64,000 nucleotides of DNA from Mobula hypostoma (GCF_963921235.1 NC_086097.1:37512001-37576000); one strand, 5' to 3'; positions 40,345 through 52,962 are shown, counted from the first letter of the stretch. Translations and numbers: made by a program. Notes: a model not told the origin generated them from the letters alone.

Positions 40345-43300
40345 ATTTCTGGTTTGTACCAGTGGCTTCCAGGAAAGACTGGATGGCAACTGAGGAAGGT
40401 CGGTGACGCTGTAGAGACAGCTGACCTCGAGGAAAGACTGGCACAAGTTCACAAGGCTAGCAACCTTGTGGGCAGCACTCGCAAGAGGGCACCACTCAAG
40501 CTACGACTGAACACAAAGAGCAGTACCCCCAGAGTCTCCCGAGAGGTGGGGAGGATGAGAGACTTAACAGGACGGTCATACCGGCAACGGCCAGGTCAGG
40601 AAACATGGCTACGAGGAAGCTAAAGCAAACAACACTGACCGGAGAGGAATTCACGGTAAGGTGTCATTGCGGGAGGGTCTGCAAAAACATCAGAGGGCTC
40701 AAGATACTCCAGAGCAGGTCTAGATATGGATCAGTGGTGACCCAAGTGCAGCGCACGGACTTGGTGTCCGGTGAGACGAAGGAGAATTCCAGCCAGGAAG
40801 CACCCCACAGAGCTGAAGATCTCTCCGCACTTGAGTCGCCTCAGCACCGAACAACAGACCTAATGAGGTCCTCTTCGGCTACCCCCAATCCATTCATCAA
40901 GGAAAGACAGGATCAAATGGCCTAGATCGTCAGACAACGTCGCCTGGATGCAGTTCGGTAATGATCTAGACGGCATCCTGGAAGTTGCCTTAGCAGGTCC
41001 AGTACACAGAAAGATCGACTCACTCACAGCCATAGCGTACAATCTAGCTAAGGAACGATTTGGCCCAATGGAGCGGAGAAGCCAGCTGGAGTTACCGCGG
41101 CAACCAAATAGGAGGGAAACGGAGATTTGTCGTTTGAGAGGCGAATTAAAGGCACTCAAAAAGAGGTTTAAAATCAGCTCACTGGCTGAAAAAGAAGGTA
41201 TCAAGGACTTAACCAGTATGCTGGGGGAAAAGCTGTGCAAACTCCGGAGGGCGGAACATCTGTGACAGCAAAGAAGGAAGAAAGAGAAAAGGCGAGCACA
41301 GTTTCTGAGAGATCCACTCAGCTTCACCTGGATGCTTCTCGGCCAACAAAAATCTGGTATACTATCCAGCTCGAAGCCAGAGGTAGAGGAGTTCCTGTGG
41401 GAGGCACACAGTGACCCACGGAGGGGTCAGGGGCTAGGAACCAATCGGACTGTGCGTAGACCAAAAAATCCATCAATTGAGCTGAATGTGAAGGAGCCTA
41501 CATGGCAGGAAATCCAGGACATCATCTAGAAAGCTAAAGCATCAGCTGCCCCAAGCCTAAGTGGCGTACCTTATAAGGTGTATAAAAAATGCCCAAAACT
41601 TCTTCGGAGGCTGTGGAAGGTCATGAGAAAGGTCTGGGCCAAAGGTACTATTCCAAAGGTAAATTGGCAGACGGATGCTTTATTTCAAAGGAAGGGGTTT
41701 CTTCTACAATTGCCCAGTTTAGGATAATTTCTCTCCTGGATGTGGAATGTAAGATTTTCTTTTCTGTGCTTGCAAGAAGGCTGACTTCTTACATGACACA
41801 GAACCGCTTTATCAACACATCCATCCAGAAAGGCAGCATTCCAGGCTTTTCAGGGTGTCTGGAACACACCTCAATGATTAGTCCAAGCAGCAAAAAGGCG
41901 ACCTAACAGTTTTCTGGTTGGACCTTGTGAACGCCTACAGGTCTATTCCACATGACCTCATCCTAGAAGGACTCGACCACTACTACATCCCAGTGGCTAT
42001 TCGAGACATGATCACCAGGTACCTAGGAGGATTCAAACCCAGATTTACATCAGCCCATTTCACAACTAGTTGGCAGGACCTCCAGAAGGGGATTCCAACA
42101 GGGTGCATCATCTCCCCCATCCTATTTACTATGGGAATGCACCTCCTATTATCAGCAGCAGAAGATGTAATCCGCGGCCCTATGCTGGAGTCAGGCATTG
42201 TTCAGCCGGCTCTACAAGGATTCATGGACGACATCACTATAACAACTGTGTCACATGTCCAAGCAAGATGGGTATTGGAAACCCTGGGTAATGGAACCAC
42301 TTGGGTGAGGATGGCCTTCAAGGCTAAGAAGTCCAGGTGCATGGTGATCAGAAAGGGCAAAGTTATTAGCAAGTTTAACCTCCAAGTTCAGGGTGAGTTC
42401 ATCCCTTCCATCGAAGATAACCCGATAAAATGCTTGGGGAAGTGGTTTAATGTGTCACTGACAGATGGAGCCAACGTCACCAATGCTGTGAAGCAGACAG
42501 ACGAATGTCTGAAGAAGATCGACAAATCCGGACTTCTGAGTAAATTCAAGACCTGGCTGTACCAATACGGCATTCTGCCCAGGCTTCTCTGGCTCTTCAC
42601 ACTTTGAGTTCCCCATGACTGCCGTAGAGGGCATCGAGAGGAAAACTAACAAGCACCTGTGGAGGTGGTTGGGAGTTCCCCCAAGCTTCTCTTCAGTGGG
42701 CCTCTACATTCTTTCTGGGCAACTGCAGCTTCCCCTGTCATCTGTTGTGGAGGAATTCAAGGTGGCAAAATACAGAGCCTTATTAAGCTTGAGAGATTCC
42801 AATGATATCTTGGTAAAGCAAGCAGGCATTACAACCAGATCTGGGCGCAAGTGGGCAGCCAATGCAGCTGTGGAGGAGGCAGTGTGTTGTCTGAAGCTGC
42901 GAGATATCATCAGCAACCCCTGTGTTGGGCGGCAAGGCCTCGGCTCAGTTCACTTCCAGAAGTGGGGAAATGCAAACATAAGGAACAGGCGAGACATGGT
43001 ACAGGCAGAAGTACAGATCCATGAGGAAGAGAAGCGGATGTCAAAGGCAGTGAAACAAGGGTCCCAGGGTGCCTGGACAAAATGGGGTCTGCCCAAGCGC
43101 AAGATCTCATGGGCAGAGTTATGGAGACTGGAGCCCTTCCGTATTTCCTTCCTCTTGCGATTTGTGTATGACACCCTTCACCATTACATCTGTAAAACAT
43201 GGGGAATGAGAGAGGACCTGAACTGTAAGCTCTGTGGTCAAAAGGGGACACTGGTTCATATACTGTCTGGGTGTAAAACAGCTCTAACTCAAGGACGGTA

Positions 43301-44090
43301 TAGGTGGCACCATGATAAGGTGCTTCTGGCTCTTGCTGACACACTAGAGCAGGAGAGATGCAAGAAGAGGACAGCTGGCACAGATTTGAGGAAGGCCATC
43401 ACCTTCATCAAAGAGGGAGCCAGGCCTTTCGTGACCCAAACAACCAAAGCCCAATCTGCTGCTAACGGCTAGGTCCTGGGAGATGAGGGTCGATGTGGGA
43501 AGAAGGTTGCTGTTCCCAGATGTGGTGCACACAACCCTACACCCAGATATTGTACTGTGGTCAACGGAAGACAAGAAAATTATTCTGGTTGAGCTGACTG
43601 TGCCGTGGGAGGAGGGATGGGAAGAGACCCATGAGAGAAAGGACTTGAAGTACCAGCCCTTAGTGCAGGAGTACAAGGGATGGCAGGCATGGTTTTTCCC
43701 TGTGGAGATCGGCTGCAGAGGTTTCCCAGCCAAATCAGCATGGCGGTTGTTGTTAGATCTGGGCCTGGATGAAAGGAGCAAAAAACAAGCAGCTCGTAGG
43801 ATGGGGGAAGAGGCAGAATGAGCCTCTTGTTGGATTTGGAGTAGGCGAGAGGAGGGAAGCTGGAAGCCAGGGCAGTAATTTGACCACCACTGCCGGCCCA
43901 CCAACTGGAGAGTGTCGTGGTTAAGGGTTGAAACACTCTGTGAAGGTTGGGAACCACCTGATGATATCTGCTCCTGGCTGAAGGCTACGGTTACCTTATA
44001 AGGTAACTGGAGAATGCACTCTAACAGGTGTATGTAACAAGTACACATCTCACATCATACACAAACTACCAATGGACACATCACACAGAT
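40345..44090 (+). mobile_element. HERO/R2-group non-LTR retrotransposon with restriction-like endonuclease; near full length, ORF broken by stops and frameshifts (about 40605-43878)
   Basis: N-terminal zinc finger CHCGRVCKNIRGLKI; RT motifs QFRIISLL, GCLEHT, LDLVNAYRSIPH, KGIPTGC..SPILF and FMDD; knuckle CKLC...HILSGC; YRWHHDKVL; PDIVLW..ILVELTVPWEE...RK..KY; terminal TAA at 43876-43878. Confidence 0.9.
43901..43969 (+). ncRNA. Rearranged (non-circularly permuted) hammerhead ribozyme candidate in the HERO-like 3' UTR
   Basis: Stem III 43909-15 with 43933-39 (7 bp), cleavage triplet GTC at 43914-16, stem I 43917-22 with 43952-57 (6 bp), GAAA at 43930-33, CTGATGA at 43958-64 and a weak stem II 43966-69 with 43925-28. 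Confidence 0.68.
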
Positions 44091-47000
44091 AACATTCCCT
44101 CTCTTGCAATACAGGCAGGAGGGGAGCCCTACATGGCCAGGAGACAGAAAACCAGCACTAGGCTCAGTCTAGCAGAGCCAGGGCCAGCATAAAATCAGAA
44201 GTCATTTAAGGTAATGGTACACTCATGCATTGTACTCCTTTTCGGTATCTTATGTCTGCATATCCCATGGTTTACAAGGTTGGGATGTTTACATATTTCC
44301 TCTTTAGCAGCCAAGCACTAGTTAAACCTCTTCAAACTTCCGTATAAAATGAAAATTAGAGTCTATTATCCTGGAAATGAGAGAGTCATTTGGCTGAAAA
44401 ATGCAGTAATAGGTTTACCTAGGTTACTGAATTGTGTCAATGTCAACTTCCCTACTGCTGCATTCAGAAAGTCACAGTTGGAGATGATGTTGTGCTATTA
44501 AGCCAACCTTTAATAGAGAAATAAACTGAAAATGAATTGCTTCTTTGGTTGTCAAGAAAAAGCAAATTGCACATTATTAGAAGGCTTGTTAGTCAAATTA
44601 ACAATTCATTTAAATTGAGGAAAGTAAATTCGCTTCTGAAATTTGAACAGCAGAAATAAAAGTAAAAAGAGTATTGGATTGCCAATTCATTCCAAGTGCT
44701 TGCATAGTAACATTCTCAAATATGATGATCTACTTCAGATATAAGCAACAGAATATGGAAGTGCTGGAAATTTTATATTGCAGCCACTAAAGCATTGGGG
44801 TAATTGAATCTTGAGGAACGAAGAAGTTGTTTGGACTTTGGTATTGAATGGGCTCAGGTGGAAATTGATGTTTCTTCTTACATGCAGGCCAAGGTCAGAC
44901 TGAATACTGAGATTGTAAGTAGTCTGGTTCAGCCTAATAATAGATGTGAAGGTGAATCAGTGGCCTGGAGAAATAATATGTATTGCAAAGTGATGAAAAC
45001 TGTACAGTCCATCCTTTTTAACTGAAACTGATAATCAATGAAAAATAGCAAAATCAGTAAATAACCATGTTTACTAATCTCCAAAAATATATAAAATAAA
45101 GAAATCCCACAAAACTGGGGAAAGCTCAGTCAAGATAATCAAGGGAAGAAATGGTCCAGGAGGTTGGTTTGGAATATGGGTTGAGGTGGGGGCAGCTATG
45201 AGGAGAGTGGCAAGAGGCTGTAATGCAGAAAACATTGTCCCAGAGTATGTCTATATTGTCTCAAGAATTCAGTGATCTCATCAGAGATCCTGAAGTAGGG
45301 CTCTTAACACAGATAACATCCTTGGACCCTTTGCTCATGGGACAATTCTCTTTCTCATTTTCTGAGTTTATTTTACAATTACATTGTACGTGTGTACAAA
45401 TTTACAATAATCAACATTATATTATAAATGCAGCAATAAATTGCAGATAGAAAATTGACCCCACCAATAACTAATGACTAGGTTTCGTATAAGCTTAAAG
45501 AAAAAGGCAAAATAATTAGAACAAGAGGACAAATAGACAAAATTATGATAGCATGCAATTTTAAACCATGTTCAACAAATTTAATGGGCATTATTTTTGA
45601 GAACACTTGTAGTCTAGTTGCAAGTCGAATGAGAGGATGTTGTATTTTTGAATTTTTTAAAAATACTTCTCAGATCGTTGTTACATAAAATAAGACCTCT
45701 CAGTGCTTTGAATAGCACATTAGCATGGATGAAAGATTGGTTGAAGTTCAGAAAACATTAAGCCAGATTCTGAATGTTTTTGTCTCACAACACAGAATTG
45801 CTACTTACAAATAGAGATTAAGCCTTCTGGAGATTGGGTGAAGGTCTTGCCTGGAACAGGCTTTGACAGAAGGCAAACTTGAGACAAGTATTATAATACA
45901 AAGTAGTTTTATACACAATTAATGCAAGTTATCCTGTTTAACCACTTTTTTCCGATCTACCTTGATATCAGCTGAGGTTTAATGTGTGAAAAATAAACAC
46001 CTAATTATTCAGAAGTAATATTTAGCTATAAAATATTGAAGATTAGGCAATTAATAAAGATGTTTCACTATTAGGAAAACAGCTTTTTAAAAATGTTTGT
46101 TGAACAATCTGTTAGACTTATCTAATCATCTGCGGTACACATCCTACATTTGCTAATCAAAATATCTTAACCCTCAGTCTACAGGTATTACATAATTATC
46201 TGAACGATGAAAACTGTTAAGAGTAAACTGGAAGGCTTGGTGGAGATAGAGAGACAACTAACTGAAGCTGTTAATGTGAAATTGCTCAAACCATCCCAGC
46301 AACCACCATTCTTAAAATTTAATTCTTTAGGGTTATTGACATTATGAAGAATCAGTCCCTTAAGCTGTTATCAGAACAATTAATCAGTAAAAAGTTACAT
46401 TATCATAACAATAAAAATACTGCTAGCATTAAAGCAATAGACAATGAAAATGATGCTGAAACATGCTAAACAAAATCCAAACTTTATGCATGTTAAAATT
46501 AAATTCCAAATAATTATTTTATGGAGAACAAATGAAAATAATTCTTAAAATGTAGTTCCTAATGTATATATGTGGCTGAAGAGTCCATTTCTAGTACAGT
46601 TGTTTGCTTCTCAGTTATGTTTTGCATTTGATGGCACAAGAGATGACATAAGTCAAAAGCAATCAAAGTCCTCATTCTTGGTGGAGAGACCTTGCCCTAA
46701 TACTCTGTGACTCACACCCAGGTTGTTCTCAGCTCTGCTGCTCTGCTTCCAGACACATCACTTACAGTCCTTCTGATGTGAACAACTTGCTGAGAAATTG
46801 CCTCATGGCATATAGTTTCCCTGACCCTGTACCATGCCTATTTGAGTAGGTTTTGATTTAAACAGTGTATGATGCTCTTTTCTGGTGAGCTGTTTGACCC
46901 TGCAGCCTAAAGCGGTTCTAAAGTTGAATTTCCTGCATTGTCATTGTGGCTGTAAACCATCTTAATGCACTGCTGAAATCATTAGATTCAGGAGTAATGT

Positions 47001-47664
47001 GTTCTTCATCCTATTCATCCAGCCAGCTATTTGCAATCTGTTTTGAAATCGCTTAATAAGATTATGGCATTGCCACCTGTTATCCATTAAATGTAAATAA
47101 TCTGTAAATCATCTACACATCTATACTAAATTAGAGATATTGTAGACTTTAAAACACAGGAAGGATTTATATATTTTACGTTACTTTAATATGTCATTCA
47201 TATTCATATTATTATATTTTGAAATTTTTGTTTTTTAATTAATTTATTCAATGCAGTGAACCTTCACTTTAACCTTAACTTTCACTAATTTATGTAGTTT
47301 CATGAATTAGTGATTGAACCCCCTCTCCCAGTAGTGTACCCCTCTACCAGCGCCTCATCGTCTTTGTAGTCCCTAATATAGCACGACAAGGTATTTAAAC
47401 AACTGGTTTTTCTCTGATGAGGAAATCAGTCAATGAATTTGACCCTGTAGATGATTTTCAGTGGAGTTTCTCCTTTAGTTTTAGTAATGTCATATATTTA
47501 AAATGTGCCACTAGCAGCCCAGAGTTGATGCCTCTATCAGTGTCTATGTAACTTATCACTGTGACAGCATTCAGGGTAAATCTCCCAATAGATAAAAGCC
47601 TTATTCGGCTTTGCAAACTCACCTGCAAATTACTACTCTGCAGTTACTAATTTACGTTATTTTT

Positions 47665-48390
47665 TGTTTTTTTTTCTCACGGTAACACATCGAAGCTGCA
47701 CCCTCTCTAACATGCTGGTAGAGAGAGTTTTATTTGGGTTTTCTTTAGCACTGGAAATGGTTACATCCCGACACGCGGGACAGAAGCAAGGTCACATTGT
47801 GTATTCCACGGACCAGCAAATCCCGGCCGGCTTAGCTAACAGAGCGGCGGACACCCCTGCTGAAATCCGAAGGAAAGCACACAGAGGATGCTGAGGGGGA
47901 TCACAAAGCCGAGGAAAGAGGACCGGGTCGAGACAACAGAGACTTTTGGAGAAGAGGAGTTCGGTGGGTAATACTGTTCCGGCTGACCGGAAGTGCACTG
48001 AGAGCGGTAAGCGTAAAGGAGTTGCGTGCTTACTGATCTGGCTAACAACGGATGGTGCAATCCGGGGTATATTACGATTGAGGAACGTGTTTGCAGACTG
48101 GATATTGAACTTTTTACTGTTGGACTTCGGCCACATTCCACCGTGATACAACACTTGGCGGCACGGGAGGTCATTCCTGCCTGTGGCCATCGAACGTGCA
48201 GCTCCTCCTGTGGAGGGTCAGACACCCTGAGCCAATAGACTGGTCCTGGACTTATTTTCCATCTGGCATAGTTTGCATTTTGGTGTTTGATTGTTGGGGT
48301 TTTTTGTATTGCTATATTTACGCTCTATTCTTGGTTGATGCGGCTGTAATGAAACCAAATTTGCCTCGGGATTAATAAGGTATATCTATC
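47665..48390 (+). mobile_element. Internally deleted Rex1/L2-like non-autonomous element
   Basis: CpG-rich; APE-region remnant RKGVACL / NNGWCNP...ERVC..DIELF.V.LRP joined to a 3' UTR ending gggattaataaggtatatctatc. Confidence 0.6.
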
Positions 48391-48748
48391 AATGGAAAAA
48401 TAAATGATATTCAGGATAAATAGGATTCATAGCCATTTCTGGAATGCAAACTTACATAAGTCTTCATGAAAGTTTACTACAAAGCAAATTAATGCATTTA
48501 TAATAAAACAGCAATGTCAGAAACTGTGTGGTGCTTTTACAATGAATCAGTCATCTAATTTTAAATTAAAAGCCATCTCTAGTTTTAAATAGAGGTATAC
48601 AGCAAATATACAGGCCCTTACAGCCAATCTCATCCATGGCAACTGTGATGCCCACCTACGCTAATCCCCTTTGCCTGCATTAGCCCATATCCTTCTTACT
48701 CCCTTCTGATTCAACTATTGTACCTATCTGTATGCCATACTTCTAGTA

Positions 48749-49068
48749 CAGTCGGCCCTCCGTATCCGCGGATTCAACCAACGTGGATAGGGATCGAAAA
48801 AACCCCGGAAGTTCTCTCTCCAGCACTCATTGTTTGAGCATGTACAGACTTTTTTTTCTTGTCATTATTCCCTAAACAATACAGTATAACAACTATTTAC
48901 ATCGTATTAGGTTGCATAATAATCTAGGGATGATTTAAAGTATACGGGAGGATGTGTGTAGGTTATATGCAAATACTATATTTTATATACGGGACTTGAG
49001 CATCTGCGGAACTTGGTATCTGCGGGGGGTCCCGGAACCAAACCCCCGCGGATACAGAGGGGCGACTG
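48749..49068 (-). mobile_element. Tigger/pogo-family MITE (MER2-like), 320 bp, inserted in a CR1 remnant at about 48590-49160
   Basis: TA duplications at 48747-48 and 49069-70; 23-bp TIRs CAGTCGGCCCTCCGTATCCGCGG and CAGTCGCCCCTCTGTATCCGCGG (2 mismatches). Confidence 0.9.
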
Positions 49069-51104
49069 TAGTTTGTTCCAAATATTCGCAACCCTCAATA
49101 TGGAAAATCTCACCCTGAAGGTCTCTATTAAATTTCTCTCTTCTCACCTTTAAATTGTTTTGCAATAGCTTTTCTTTCTTTGTGTATTTAATATTCTATC
49201 AAATAGTGAATACTCAGATATTTCATGTAAACTAATCTCATATACATTGTCCATTTGGAATAACATAGAAGGCAAAATGAAATAGATACTTTATTTATCT
49301 CTTTTTGAAGCAGTCTTCATTTCTACCCCTGCTTTGAAAGAATACTTTACACCAACTGCAGTTTCTATTAATCAAAGCAATTTAACAGAAATTTATGAAA
49401 ACTGAAGAAAAAATTAAAAACCTTGTATCACAAAAGGTAACAATATTGAGAAACATACTTTTCTAGACTATTTATATTTATTTTTATACAAGGCAATTCA
49501 TGAGCAGACAATTTTAAGTAAAGTCAAAAAAAAACATAGACCTATTGAAAGCCTGCAAAGGAAATTGTCTTTAACTTTTTGCATCAAAATGTAATGCTAA
49601 AGTCTTCAATTACAATTCAAGCAGTGGTTTGCAGTCCCTATTAAAGATCAAATAAATGCAATAAATTCTCTTATAATTATTATAATTTGATAATTTTGCT
49701 TTGACTATTAATATTGTTTAACTGAAGGTCTGATACAATTGTTCAGGTTCATAGATCAGATAAAACTTCAGAAACTGCAGTTGCATTCATTTTATAAGGT
49801 CTATACTTCCTCCAGCAATTGATGCCCTCTGATCTACAGTGTAAATATTTTCAATAAGATGATATTAGAAACTACTAACAGTAAACCACTGAAGATGCTG
49901 AACGTCTGTAATAAAAACAGAAAAGAAAAAAAAAAGCTGGAATTGCTCGTCAGGTTGGGCAGCACCTGTAGAGAAAGAAGCAAATGTAACATTTCAGATC
50001 ACTGAGCTTTCAACAGAACTGGGAAAAAATGAGAAAATTAGTTTTTGTTGTTAGAAAGACAGGGTTAAACATAGACAAAATGGAGTGTTTATGTTGGAGC
50101 AGAGACCAAGCGAATCTGAATCAACCAATGTCCAAGGACCAACACCTCATCTTACATTCAGGTAGATTGCAGTCCTTGGGATGCAATATTGAATTCAAAA
50201 TTTCTGTCTTGTGACAGATTTGGTAGTTGTAATGCAAGGTCATCAATCTATGATGTTAACTCATTACTTCTCTCTCTGTAATACTGCTAAGTATTTCCAA
50301 TATTCTCTGTTATTTTAGGTTTCTTGCAACTGCTGTGTTCTGTATTTTATAGTTCCAAAATGGTTTCTTTTTTCCATTCTAAAGCACTCATCTCCTTCTA
50401 TTTACACCTTTGTGAAACAGATCAGTTGTAATTAAAAAGTATTCACCACCAGATATCGTCAACAGATTTGAGTAGTCTGTATTCTCTTTGTCTCCACACC
50501 ATCAGATATTCCCTTTGTTCTCTCCATCCTTCCCCTGATCCAGTCCCACAATACATGCTTATTTCCTCAACTTTTCAATTCTTATGAAAGGTCTTTGATC
50601 TAAAGCATTAACTCTATCCTCTCTCCATAGATGCTACTTGTCCTGCTGAGATCCTCCATTATTTTTTTTTAATTTAGGAAACAAAAACTATGTATAAACT
50701 ACAAATTTAGAGATTAATATCAAGTTTAACAGTTCACAAATACTAAAAATTCAGTATAGTATAAAGGTAGTTCCTTTAGCCCACTGCGTTAATGCCAGCT
50801 ATTTTATCTATCTACACTAATCCCACGTGCCAGCATTAATTCCATATCCCTTCAATGCCTTGGTCATTCATTGTCCAGATGTCTCTTAAATGTTGTTACT
50901 CTTCTTGCCTCTTCCTCTGGTAGTTCATTCAATATGCCCTCTAGTTTTACATACTCCTACCAAGGGGAAAAATTCTGGTTATCTACCCTATGTCTGCCTC
51001 TCATATTTTATATATCTTTATCATGTCAGCTGTTAACCTCCAGGAAAAACAGTTTATCCAATCTCTCCTTATAACTAAAGCTCTTCAACGCAGGCAATAT
51101 TCGT

Positions 51105-52962
51105 GTGAACTGTATCCAAGATCCACAGAATGGACTTGGTAGGCCTATTGTTTCTGCCTGCTCCTGCCCCACTAAACTCATGTCCTTGTATCTCGATTCC
51201 ATTCTATCCCCCATGGTTCAGTCCCTTCCCACCTACATCCACGACACTTCTCATGCTCTCATTCTCCTCAGTAACTGCCAGTTTCCTGGCACTGACCACC
51301 TCCTTTTCACCATGAATGTTCAGTTCCTATACACTTCTATCCCCCATCAAGAAGGGCTCAGAGCTCTCCACCTCTTTCTTGACAAAAGGACCAACCAAAC
51401 TGTCTCTACCACCACCCTTCTCCATCTGGCAGTACTGGTCCTCACCCTGAACAATTTTTTCCTTTGGTTCCTCCCCCTTTCTCCAAGCTTGAGGTATAGC
51501 CAAGGGCACTTACATGGGTCCCAGCTATGCATGCCTCTTCATTGAAGCCTTCCCCAGGTATACTCCCCAACTCTTCCTCCGCTACATTGATAACTGCATT
51601 AACGCTACATCATGCATCCATGCTGAGCTCATCAATTTGATCAACTTTGCCTCTAACTTCCACCCTACCCTTAAATTCACTTGATCCATCTCTGACACCT
51701 CCCTCCCTTTTCTCAACCTCTCTCTCTCCATCTCTGGAGACAAACTGTCAACCAACGTATTTTATAAACCTACTATGCCTTACACCCTGGTTCGGAGAAA
51801 TGTTGTGTCATTTCTATATACATTATATGGTTATATACATTATAAACATGTATATAGCTAAATGACAATAAATTGGACTTGACTTAATTCCCACGACTAT
51901 CTCGACTATAGCTCTACCCATCCAATCTCTTATAAAAATGCTATTTATTTTTTTCAGTTTCTTCACCTCTACCTTGTCTGTTTCATTCCAGGACATCAAA
52001 GATCTTCTCCATTTCCCATACGTCCACATGCATCCCATCTTCCCACCTCTTTAACCAGAGCCATCTTGTCCTTATTTACCACCTTATCAGCCTCCGCATC
52101 CAACACATTTATCCTCAGCAACCTCTGCCATCTCCAAAGAGATCCTACCACTAAACGTATCTTTACCTCTCCCCTACCGCTTTCTGCAGATATCGCTCAT
52201 TATGCAATTTCCTTGTCCATTTGTCCCTCCCCACTAATCTCTCTCCCAGCACTTATCCCTGAAAGTAGCCTAAGTGCTGTCCATAAAGCTCTTCCCTTAC
52301 CTCCATTCAGAACCCCAAACAGTCCTTCCAGGTGAGACAACACTTCACCTGTGAATTTGCTGGAGTTGTCTGTTGTGTCTAGTGCTCCCAATGCGGCTTC
52401 CTCTACATTGGTAAGACCCTTCATAAGTTGAGGGAGCACTTCGTTGAGCACCTCTGCACCATCCACCACAAGAGGGACTTCCTGGTGGATGAACATTTTA
52501 ATTTTGATTCCCATTCCATTCCAGCATGTCAGTCCATGGTCTCCTGTTGTGCCATGGGAACCTCTGGGTACCTCCTACCTGATGGCATGAATATTGATTT
52601 CTCCTTCCAGTAGACAAATATTTGCCTCCTCCCCCCCCCCCCGCCACACTTGCTCTATTCCCCATTGACATTTTACTTCTCACCTGCCAATTACTTCCTT
52701 CTGGGTCCCCTCCTCCTCTCCTATCAGATTTTCTTTTCCAGCCCTTGATCTTTCCCACCCACCTGGCTTCACCTTTCACCTTCCAGCTAGCCTCCTTCTC
52801 CTCCCCCCCCCCCACCATTTTATACTGGCATCCCCCCACTTCCTCTCAGTCCAAAACATCGATTATTTACTTGTTTCCATGGATGCTGCCTGACCTGCTG
52901 AGATCCTTCAGCATTTTGTGTGTGTTGCTTTGGATTCCAGCATCTACAGACTTTCTCATGTT
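51105..52962 (+). mobile_element. Penelope-like element nested in a minus-strand CR1 remnant (about 50750-53280)
   Basis: GRPIVSACSCPT...YIHDTSH...LYTSIPHQEGL, GIY-YIG remnant and terminal repeat; contains a short LINE-tail insertion at about 51775-51885. Confidence 0.87.

Noticed and set aside
40390..40441. CTGAGGA-stem-...GAAA in the HERO-like 5' leader as a hammerhead
   Set aside because: Extra bases lie between the stem and GAAA, and I found no registered stem I or UH cleavage site.
43344..44048. 234-aa minus-strand ORF
   Set aside because: Antisense shadow of the HERO-like ORF with no independent motifs.
46760..47076. Minus-strand acceptor/donor pair suggesting a coding exon
   Set aside because: All three frames contain stop codons.
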